Source of the DNA: a virus
Length of the DNA: 64,000 nt
Direction: 5' to 3' (one strand)
IMG/VR virus record: IMGVR_UViG_3300045988_147264
Coordinates: 32,001 to 96,000 of that record
Part shown: piece by piece, positions 29,247 through 36,579 of the stretch
Numbering within the stretch: position 1 is the first letter of the stretch
Layout: the number at the start of each line of letters is the position of its first letter
Position numbers and translations under genes: made by a program
The notes under the pieces: generated by a model
The model's input: only the letters and a program-made list of their open reading frames with translations
The model's database searches: none
Told to the model about the DNA's origin: nothing

Positions 29247-31292
29247 TTATTCATATATTGATTCTCTCCATGGATTAAAGTACCCAACATTTCCCTCAAG
29301 CGACTTTATTTGATTCGGTGAAAACACCGCTGTTTCATTAAATCTGAAACCGGTTGTACCGGAAATCCCATTATAACCCAATGATTCAATATAGGCTCTA
29401 TTTTCTGGAGTTATATTTTGCAGAATCCATGCAGGCATCTTTCCCATACGTGGATCTGTTATATCAATCGGATTTACGCCCGTGCTGACGATGTATGTTC
29501 TCCCACCGTTATACCAGTCAGGTTTATAGCCCGTGTGAACTCCTATACCAGGCTGCTCATAACGCTCTGCATATCCTCTTTGATTAGTTAAGTATATACC
29601 TTCGGGACCAGTACCTGTTCCTCTGACCTGTCCTCTATATAAATGATGCGACTTTTGTGGAAATATAGTGGCATCGGCATACGGAGCGCCGTGGTACTGT
29701 ATATTAGGTGTTCCGCCAAAATGACTAAGATAATCAGCGTAAGCCCTTGATTTCATTTGTAGGTAAGCTCTAGGATCTACACCCAATTTAGCGGCGTCTT
29801 CATACACATTTCTGTGATCTAGTCTTTGCTTTCTATATATATCAGAGTATTCATTGCGCAAGAACGTCGGAACCTCTTCGCCGGATTTAGACCATCCAGT
29901 AAAATATGGCATACCATCATTAAGGTATTCATCAGCTATCCGCGCTCTAAACCTCAGATCTTTATCAAGCCCCTTATATGGTTTAACGATCTGCCTGAAC
30001 GCATCGGCATAGAGTTCTCGCGGAACCACATCAATATAATTCTTATCAGTAGTGTTTATATTATGTCCCTCATATACGTATTTGCCATTATCATATAATA
30101 AACCTATACCTTTCCTTTCGAGCTTATTACCGACAGAATGGCCGAACTCATGGGCAAGTGATGTCTTTGATGTCCAGGGAGCGTATCTTATGGAATTAGT
30201 CTTATCATTATACGCTTGTATAGAACCGGATTCATCGCGTAACTTGAAAACTAATTCAGGTTTGGTCTGTATGGCTGCTCTATATTCCTTACTATTCTTA
30301 CCGAAAGCCTTTTCTATATCATCGAGAACATCATAAAAATGCTCTCCCCTTAATCTTCCAGATACTTTTGTTCCGGAAAAATTCAATGGATTCGTAAACT
30401 CAAGAAGCGAACTTAAAACAGGGTGTTGATACCTATCGACAAACAGATCTCCCCAGCTGTCACGCAAGCCTCCGGTGGTCTGATTTATACCAGCATCGAA
30501 GATTGTGTTAGCCATTCCAGCAAGCATGCCGGCAGGGCCAGCGATTCCACCTGCTATAACGGGAAATACATACTTAGTAGCAAACCTGTCTCTACCGAGG
30601 GTTATATAGTCATTAAACGCCTGCTTGTCACCATTTCTGATCGCATCCAATAATTGTTTATCAATGTATTTATCAGCTCCTTTATCGCGCCACCTTTTCT
30701 GTGTCCTGTTGAATATTCTCGACTGTCTTCTGGTTCCGATAATGTCGTCGTTAAGACCATATCTATCCGCAAGATCATAAGCCTTGTTTTTTATCTGCTT
30801 TCTGCTCAGGCCACGAAGATTTATCGCGATCTTTTCTGATGGCGTTATCGAATCAAACATCTGTTCAATCTCCCCGCCATCGCCGTGCCACTTTGCAGAA
30901 TTGCGCGCGAAATTAGCCTTCTTCACCATCGCGGTGCTATAATCATCCTTATTGGAAAGGACACGCGACGCAAACTCCTGCACGCCCATGCCGTGCCTTT
31001 TCGCGGCCGACGTGAACGTGCCTTTCTTTGACGGATCAATATGTATGCCACCACCGTTGCTATACTCGTTATACAATGCCCTCATCTCATCAAGACTCGT
31101 CACACCACTCCCGGTAAATAACGAAATAAGTGAGGCCCTCTCGGACATGCTGAGAGAACCCCACTTGCCAATATTATTATCCATTATGAAAAAAGTATTT
31201 CCTATCTCGCGGGAGACGTCAATGGAACAACCCTCTTGTTGTCCTTGTTGAGATTCTCCCTGCCACGCACAACAGCCCCGCAATCGATGCAC
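29247..31292 (-). CDS. large protein with HExxH zinc-metallopeptidase motif (true start probably the internal Met at 31184)
   Basis: 681-aa ORF containing SLAHEFGHSVGN. The first 36 codons overlap the 3' end of the exonuclease gene by 90 nt and are Cys/Gln-rich nonsense-like, so the start is likely MDNNIGKWGSL at 31184. Confidence 0.5.
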   Translation of the reverse strand: MHRLRGCCAWQGESQQGQQEGCSIDVSREIGNTFFIMDNNIGKWGSLSMSERASLISLFTGSGVTSLDEMRALYNEYSNGGGIHIDPSKKGTFTSAAKRHGMGVQEFASRVLSNKDDYSTAMVKKANFARNSAKWHGDGGEIEQMFDSITPSEKIAINLRGLSRKQIKNKAYDLADRYGLNDDIIGTRRQSRIFNRTQKRWRDKGADKYIDKQLLDAIRNGDKQAFNDYITLGRDRFATKYVFPVIAGGIAGPAGMLAGMANTIFDAGINQTTGGLRDSWGDLFVDRYQHPVLSSLLEFTNPLNFSGTKVSGRLRGEHFYDVLDDIEKAFGKNSKEYRAAIQTKPELVFKLRDESGSIQAYNDKTNSIRYAPWTSKTSLAHEFGHSVGNKLERKGIGLLYDNGKYVYEGHNINTTDKNYIDVVPRELYADAFRQIVKPYKGLDKDLRFRARIADEYLNDGMPYFTGWSKSGEEVPTFLRNEYSDIYRKQRLDHRNVYEDAAKLGVDPRAYLQMKSRAYADYLSHFGGTPNIQYHGAPYADATIFPQKSHHLYRGQVRGTGTGPEGIYLTNQRGYAERYEQPGIGVHTGYKPDWYNGGRTYIVSTGVNPIDITDPRMGKMPAWILQNITPENRAYIESLGYNGISGTTGFRFNETAVFSPNQIKSLEGNVGYFNPWRESIYE

Positions 31293-32158
31293 CTGTAAAG
31301 CTTATACCTACACGTGCTAGTGTTGTAATACCTGTCAGGTATCTCAACCAAGTGATCCTCCGAGGAACCACATACAGGGCACCTCACAACGCCGTCATCA
31401 AAGGTCGCTGCGACATTCGGATGACTCTTCATCCACGGCCTCAGCTTAAGGTAAACCAACTCAAGAATCTTGACATCCTGCTGGTTGTACACAGCCATCT
31501 CCTCAAGAGCCTTTCCGTCACCGTTGAGACACTTCTCCCACAAGGAGAAATCAGTGCCTATCTTGTGAGGAAAACCAAAGTAACCGGCCAGGGCGTCAAG
31601 CTTGTTGCTCTTGAAGCCAAAGTATCTCTTCGCGACATCAAGGGTGTCTATGATATAATACGGAGAAGGACACTTCAGATCGTTCAATATAAACCTCGTG
31701 TTCATCCACGGCACGTCAGCCCTCTTGGCGTTATGCGCCACAACGACATCTGCCTCGTCAATAAGCTTCCACAATGACCGCATGATCCTCGAGTCATCCT
31801 GCCTAAGCGCCTCCTCGGAAGTCAGCACGTCACACATCTCCTCGCCGCCGTAAAGCCACTTTGCGGACCAGCACAACATGAACCAATCTTGCCTGACATG
31901 ATCCCACGCGATGTCCTGTTTCCATAAACCCCAGATATAACCCAACATAGGAGCTGTCTCGGTATCAAAGATCAACACCTTAGGCATCTTTTTGGGAGGA
32001 CCAACAACAACATTGTAACCACCGCTTGACCGCACAACATCCTTAGCCCCGCGTATGTCGTCAACACTGCATTTCAAATAACGGCTCAACTTGCCAGAAC
32101 CCATACCCAAAAGGTACGGCTTGCGCCTCATGCGCTCAACTATCTCATCAAAAACCAT
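31202..32158 (-). CDS. DnaQ-like DEDD 3'-5' exonuclease with C-terminal zinc ribbon
   Basis: Exo I LIFDTETAP, Exo II VVAHNAKRAD, Exo III YNQQDV. C-terminal CPVCG...CIDCG. Confidence 0.6.
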   Translation of the reverse strand: MVFDEIVERMRRKPYLLGMGSGKLSRYLKCSVDDIRGAKDVVRSSGGYNVVVGPPKKMPKVLIFDTETAPMLGYIWGLWKQDIAWDHVRQDWFMLCWSAKWLYGGEEMCDVLTSEEALRQDDSRIMRSLWKLIDEADVVVAHNAKRADVPWMNTRFILNDLKCPSPYYIIDTLDVAKRYFGFKSNKLDALAGYFGFPHKIGTDFSLWEKCLNGDGKALEEMAVYNQQDVKILELVYLKLRPWMKSHPNVAATFDDGVVRCPVCGSSEDHLVEIPDRYYNTSTCRYKLYRCIDCGAVVRGRENLNKDNKRVVPLTSPAR

Positions 32159-32161
32159 AAA

Positions 32162-32593
32162 CTAAAACTCAATCTCTGAAACAAACTTCGGACGACGACG
32201 CCCGTTGAGAATCGTACGGATCTCAAACACACTCGACCCCTCTGGAATGACGTCATAACTCATATGAACCTTACGCCACGCGTTCCTTGCCATACGATGG
32301 TCAACCTTTATACCATCCGGCATGAACACCCTTGGAGGCCTGTAAGTGGACAACGCGACCTTGTGCATCATGTTGTCCCTGATCACTATCGGCGTGATGA
32401 ACGCCTGGACACACAGACCATCGTCGTTCCTGATGAAAGTCGGAACCATGCGCTCAAACCTGACACCATGATTCGTCAAACAATTGGCCGTAAAAGCCTC
32501 GTCAGAGTTAAACCTCAGTTTCTTCGCGTAGGCATAAACCTTGCCTACAAAAACCCTGTTCGCAGAACTAACAACACCCATTTTAAAAAACAA
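32162..32593 (-). CDS. hypothetical protein
   Basis: 143-aa ORF coupled to the exonuclease gene (3-nt gap). Confidence 0.45.
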   Translation of the reverse strand: MFFKMGVVSSANRVFVGKVYAYAKKLRFNSDEAFTANCLTNHGVRFERMVPTFIRNDDGLCVQAFITPIVIRDNMMHKVALSTYRPPRVFMPDGIKVDHRMARNAWRKVHMSYDVIPEGSSVFEIRTILNGRRRPKFVSEIEF

Positions 32594-33561
32594 GACTTAA
32601 TGTAATTATACAATACCCTGAATACCCAGGAAACCCAATGGGAGAACAGATCGCCTAACATTAACATTACCTAAACTTAACTTAACTTAACTTTATTTAA
32701 GTAATTTCGTTAACTATTAAACATAATTAGCCCCCCCCGCTACGACCTTGGACGCCTAAAATTAATAGAAACGCTTACAGCAATAGCGGGGCGAGTACTC
32801 GCGATCACTCGCCACCCCCGTTATCCTTGACCGGTAATTCAATCGTCTAGCATATAGCCTTACCGCAACCTAACCATACAGGAATTACAGGCCTGTCTCT
32901 CTTTTCCCCATCCGGCAAAATGTCATTCCGGGAGAGATAGAATACCAGTATATTATGCATTTTAACCGCCTCAACAGCGGAGCACGCGCGCTTACTTTTC
33001 GCAACGCTTCATCAAGGACTGTTCTCGTTCGTAGGGGTGAAACTCGCCGTAGTTCCTACCCATTTTACATGTTGGCCATGCGGGACACTTGTTTGACGGT
33101 GGTTAAAATATTACTACACCAGCCAGTGACAAGATCGGTTGAAACCCCTGTCTTTAATCCACACCTCATAAGGCTCCGGAAAAGAGTACGCGAAATGACA
33201 TTAACGCGTCGAACAATGCAAATATACAAAATATTTATGAATCCACCAAATAATTATACAAATAATTATATACACCAAACTGAAATTGTTGGGCCATGAC
33301 CCCAAAATATTATAAAAATTTTGAAAATTTTTGAAAAAAAATATTTTTATAGAGATAGTCGTTTGGGTGGGATACTCCCTAACAACCCCACCCCGTTGCT
33401 CCCGATTGGGGACCCACCCCCGGGGTGCTTTCGCTTCTCCCCAATCGCTCGCGACTTTACTCACTAGCAATCCCACAATGCTTTTTATCGGCGTGCAACA
33501 GTTGCATACCACGAGCGTCAGCGTTTCGTGCGCGGCTTGCTGGTATGGCTGAATTGCACCA

Positions 33562-34050
33562 TTGACTGCCAAATCATCACTATTTATGGCACGTTTCACA
33601 TTGGGCAACGCTGGTGCCACTAAGACCAGCAACGATTTCTACGCAGGCGCAAACGCATTCGGTGCAAAAAGAGTCGAACTTCCTCGCATTCCAATCGATG
33701 TCGATGAGACGTCTGGGCTTGCTGTCTGGAAAATCGCCGGCAACTCCGACAAATCCAAGGGCGCGATAACACCAGATCGTTACTTCGCAATCCTGTCGGG
33801 CACCGTGGTCGAGAGAACCCGCACAACCCGCGACGGCGAAGAATTCATCACCAAAGAGATCGAACTGACCTGCGCGCAGGCTGGAACGGACGACACTCAC
33901 GGCACCTTCAGGGTAAGCCTGCGTTGTTCCTCCGAATCTCAACTCGTTGTCGGCGAGAGCGTAGACACAACAAAAATTGAAGCGCTCCCGTTCCTCAATC
34001 CGCTCGACAACAAAGTGCGCACCTACTACGACGCACCTGCTGCTCAGTAA
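33562..34050 (+). CDS. hypothetical protein encoded in a GC-rich island (composition atypical for this genome)
   Basis: 162-aa ORF (MTAKSSLFMARFTLGNAGATKTSND...) with protein-like composition. A fully overlapping antisense ORF is judged an artefact of high GC. Confidence 0.35.
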   Translation: MTAKSSLFMARFTLGNAGATKTSNDFYAGANAFGAKRVELPRIPIDVDETSGLAVWKIAGNSDKSKGAITPDRYFAILSGTVVERTRTTRDGEEFITKEIELTCAQAGTDDTHGTFRVSLRCSSESQLVVGESVDTTKIEALPFLNPLDNKVRTYYDAPAAQ

Positions 34051-34099
34051 TACAAACAGCGCCAACACCCGCTCATAACGGCCGGGTCGCGGCGCTTCT

Positions 34100-34800
34100 C
34101 TTTATTGGCGTCAGGGCATCTTAGACCAACATCTTGGGTGACTTGACGCCTTAGATCATCTCGCGCTACGACATACAGCGCCGGTATATATTATGTATCC
34201 AATAGTTTAAGCTATCCATAGCTTAAGCTAACCGATAGTTTATGCTATCTCTCCAGGAAGACCAACATTTGCGGCCATAGCCTCGCTAAGCCGCACCGTT
34301 CATCAAGCCATTCACTTTGGTCCTCCTGGAAGATTAGTTTAACCACCGGTTGCCTATTGGGCCATTATGTGCCGCGCTGCTACTATAGTATGCATAACTA
34401 TACCTTATATTATATAGGTATATCTTATGCTATCCATTATTTAAACTATTGGAGAGTTTAAGTTTACTATGGTTTATGTATTATACCGCGAGATGACTTT
34501 GAGTGAACCACAAGTAAAACAACGCCTCTTTAAAGGTAAATAGACTAACAAACAGCTGACTAGTAACTACGGTGAACGTCCATCTAATAGTCGAAATATC
34601 CTTTCTCTTGGCGGTTGTTTTACTTGTGGCATTACTATATTAGACCACACCTAACGCATTGATACTGAGTGTCTTTTCTATCGATGAGATTATTTAATCA
34701 TTGATAGCTCTGATACTCCCCCCACAAGCCTTAATGTTTAGGTGTACTAGTATCCTAATACACTCAAAGTAAGACAGTCATTACTCATTTGTCGTGAGAT
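34100..34800. repeat. non-coding repeat/palindrome hub (candidate replication origin or regulatory region)
   Basis: Perfect palindrome AGCTTAAGCT (34220-34229). Inverted pair CCAATAGTTTAA (34199) / TTAAACTATTGG (34441). 13-bp inverted repeat CCACAAGTAAAAC (34508) / GTTTTACTTGTGG (34626). Direct repeats ATAGTTTAAGCTAT / ATAGTTTATGCTAT, TATGCTATC x2, GACCAACAT x2. No ORF over 60 aa. Confidence 0.5.
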
Positions 34801-34815
34801 ACGTTTGTAGTGCTG

Positions 34816-34935
34816 GGCCACATTGCCTGATTTGGGGTAACACAAGACACATTTTTAACAGAATATACATAAGTTAAGTATTGCGCCAATTATCAAATGT
34901 CTTGTGTTTTTATGGTTCGAGTCCATGTGTGGCCG
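34816..34935 (+). tRNA. tRNA-like gene with about 48-nt insertion (perfect acceptor and T-arm; interior non-canonical)
   Basis: Acceptor GGCCACA/TGTGGCC (7 bp), T-arm TATGG-TTCGAGT-CCATG. Interior has a 9-bp helix CACAAGACA/TGTCTTGTG enclosing 48 nt. GTCGTGAGAT motif 15 nt upstream. Confidence 0.4.
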
Positions 34936-35228
34936 CTTATGCGCATGTAATCACATTTTAATTCGACTTTCCATCTGTTTTTGTAATTGAGGTTAGATAT
35001 TAGTTGTTACTTGCTAAAAACAAAAAAAATCCAATGTTCTAAGCATTGGTGATGGCGATAATATGTTTATTGTGAAATAAACATATTGGTAACACTGTGA
35101 GGTATTACAGTCATCATGATTACATGTGCATATTGTATATTGTGAATCTTTTCTTTAGTTATGTATTAAGTTTTAGTGTTATTGTATCATGCCAAGACAT
35201 GTCGTGAGATATAATCGAGGCTGGTTAT

Positions 35229-35341
35229 GGTCATGTAGCTCAGTATGGTTCAGAGCGGCGGCGATGTTAGATTAGTTATGTCAAAAATATTCTGATTGAT
35301 ACAAAGCCCGCAGGTCGCTGGTTCAAATCCAGCCATGGCCA
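35229..35341 (+). tRNA. tRNA-like gene with about 40-nt insertion in the anticodon region
   Basis: Acceptor GGTCATG/CATGGCC, D-arm GCTC-AGTATGGTTCA-GAGC, T-arm GCTGG-TTCAAAT-CCAGC, variable AGGTC. Anticodon stem GCGGC/CCCGC (one C-C) flanks a 44-nt segment. Anticodon not assignable. GTCGTGAGAT 18 nt upstream. Confidence 0.45.
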
Positions 35342-35422
35342 CGATGTTGTTTAACATTTTGTAGTAAAACATACATAATTGTTATGATGTTTCGTCGTGA
35401 GATGAGGTGTCATAAGATCGAT

Positions 35423-35494
35423 TGTTGTGTGATGTAATGGTTAGCATAGGAGATTTTGGTTCTTCTCGTAGAGGTTCGAGTCCTCTCACAACAA
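35423..35494 (+). tRNA. tRNA-Gln (anticodon TTG)
   Basis: Acceptor TGTTGTG/CACAACA, D-arm ATGT-AATGGTTA-GCAT, anticodon arm GGAGA-TTTTGGT-TCTTC, T-arm AGAGG-TTCGAGT-CCTCT. GTCGTGAGAT 19 nt upstream. Confidence 0.75.
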
Positions 35495-35553
35495 CAAATC
35501 AATCGGGAGGTTGGTTTCCGCTCAAACAATAATCCATGGATAAAATTGAGCGG

Positions 35554-35625
35554 GAGGCGATAGTTCAGATGGTTAGAATACTCGAGACGCGTTGGGGGAA
35601 GTTGGTTCGAGTCCAACTCGCCTCA
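35554..35625 (+). tRNA. tRNA-like gene or pseudo-tRNA with non-canonical anticodon arm
   Basis: Perfect acceptor GAGGCGA/TCGCCTC, D-arm GTTC-AGATGGTTA-GAAT, T-arm GTTGG-TTCGAGT-CCAAC. The 17-nt anticodon region CTCGAGACGCGTTGGGG has a G-G mismatch, no U33, and two adjacent 6-bp palindromes (CTCGAG, ACGCGT). Confidence 0.35.
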
Positions 35626-35630
35626 CAAAT

Positions 35631-35715
35631 GCCTTGGTGGTGAAATGGTAGACACGAGGGACTTAAAATCCCTTGGACAGAAATGTCCGTATGGGTTCGA
35701 TTCCCATCTGGGGCA
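35631..35715 (+). tRNA. tRNA-Leu (anticodon TAA), type II with long variable arm
   Basis: D-arm GTG-AAATGGTAGA-CAC, anticodon arm AGGGA-CTTAAAA-TCCCT, variable arm GGAC-AGAAAT-GTCC, T-arm ATGGG-TTCGATT-CCCAT. Acceptor GCCTTGG/CTGGGGC has three G-U pairs. Confidence 0.7.
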
Positions 35716-35750
35716 CAAAACAAATAACATAATGTTTTCTTCCAACATTT

Positions 35751-35871
35751 TAAGGTTAAGCAAGTCAAACCGGACGAGGTTAAAAGACTGGGCACGGAAA
35801 TGAGTTATGGTCAATACTCACATTAATCAAAATTGTATCGGGCTGTCGAGCCCTGCCATTGCTTAACCTTA
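35751..35871 (+). ncRNA. candidate structured ncRNA closed by a perfect 13-bp helix
   Basis: TAAGGTTAAGCAA (35751-35763) pairs with TTGCTTAACCTTA (35859-35871). Internal hairpins GGGCT-GTCG-AGCCC and GAGT...ACTC. Directly downstream of tRNA-Leu. Confidence 0.35.
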
Positions 35872-35926
35872 ATTTTTGTAGATTAGTACTTAAGAAGTTA
35901 TAAATTAATATCGTTATATAATTGCT

Positions 35927-36355
35927 ATGTGTTGGTTATCTAATAAATTAAAAATAAAGACCGCTAAAAAAGACATTGCTGTTTGGAAAGTTGTCCTTTT
36001 TGATAGAAGAAAAGGAATTTATGTATCTCCTATTATTAATTATCGTTATATTTTAGGCGTAATTTATAAAGTGGAAATGATTTTTAAAGTAAATAATTAT
36101 CCTTTAATAGGAGGGCATGATGGGTTTCATTCCTTTTCTAATAGAGTATATTACCGTTACTTTAATAACAAAATTCACATATTCAAAAAGCGCATTTTTG
36201 CAGAGGATGAACATGTATTTAACATTAGTGGTAATGACGGTTTTAACTTTGCAATAGCCAAAGGACGATTACCAAAAGGCACAAAATATGCAATAAATAA
36301 AAATGGTGAAATAATCTCATCTAGTATAGTTATAGATGATTTTATTGATTTGTAG
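35927..36355 (+). CDS. hypothetical protein encoded inside the tRNA cluster (AT-rich, Asn/Ile/Lys/Phe-rich)
   Basis: 142-aa ORF with noticeably lower GC than neighbouring genes. Ends 15 nt before tRNA-Ile. Confidence 0.4.
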   Translation: MCWLSNKLKIKTAKKDIAVWKVVLFDRRKGIYVSPIINYRYILGVIYKVEMIFKVNNYPLIGGHDGFHSFSNRVYYRYFNNKIHIFKKRIFAEDEHVFNISGNDGFNFAIAKGRLPKGTKYAINKNGEIISSSIVIDDFIDL

Positions 36356-36370
36356 CCACAACTTAAAATC

Positions 36371-36443
36371 AGGGCGTTAGTTCAGTGGTTAGAGCACGAA
36401 GCTTATACCTTCGGAGTCAGGGGTTCAAATCCCTTACGCCCTA
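36371..36443 (+). tRNA. tRNA-Ile (anticodon TAT, reads AUA)
   Basis: Acceptor AGGGCGT/ACGCCCT, D-arm GTTC-AGTGGTTA-GAGC, anticodon arm CGAAG-CTTATAC-CTTCG (perfect), T-arm AGGGG-TTCAAAT-CCCTT. Confidence 0.7.
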
Positions 36444-36579
36444 CTTATAGATTTTCTTTAGTTCCTGGATCATGGCCAGGCTGTGTTCTTCTGAAAAGAA
36501 ATTCAAAAAGCTTACAAAAATCAAATGTAGGTGGGAACATGGTAGATTAAGTGGAAACGATCTGGAGAAAATCTATTTT

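Noticed and set aside
32955-33299. 114-aa Arg-rich ORF in the GC-rich island
   Set aside because: Composition (R/T/L-rich, no hydrophobic core pattern) and location inside a hairpin-dense segment suggest a chance frame. The region is more plausibly structured RNA.
33580-34068. 162-aa minus-strand ORF exactly mirroring the plus-strand ORF 33562-34050
   Set aside because: Perfect antisense overlap in a high-GC stretch is the classic open-frame artefact of GC-rich DNA. The minus-strand translation is Cys/Arg/Val-rich and not protein-like, and the plus strand matches the orientation of the downstream module.
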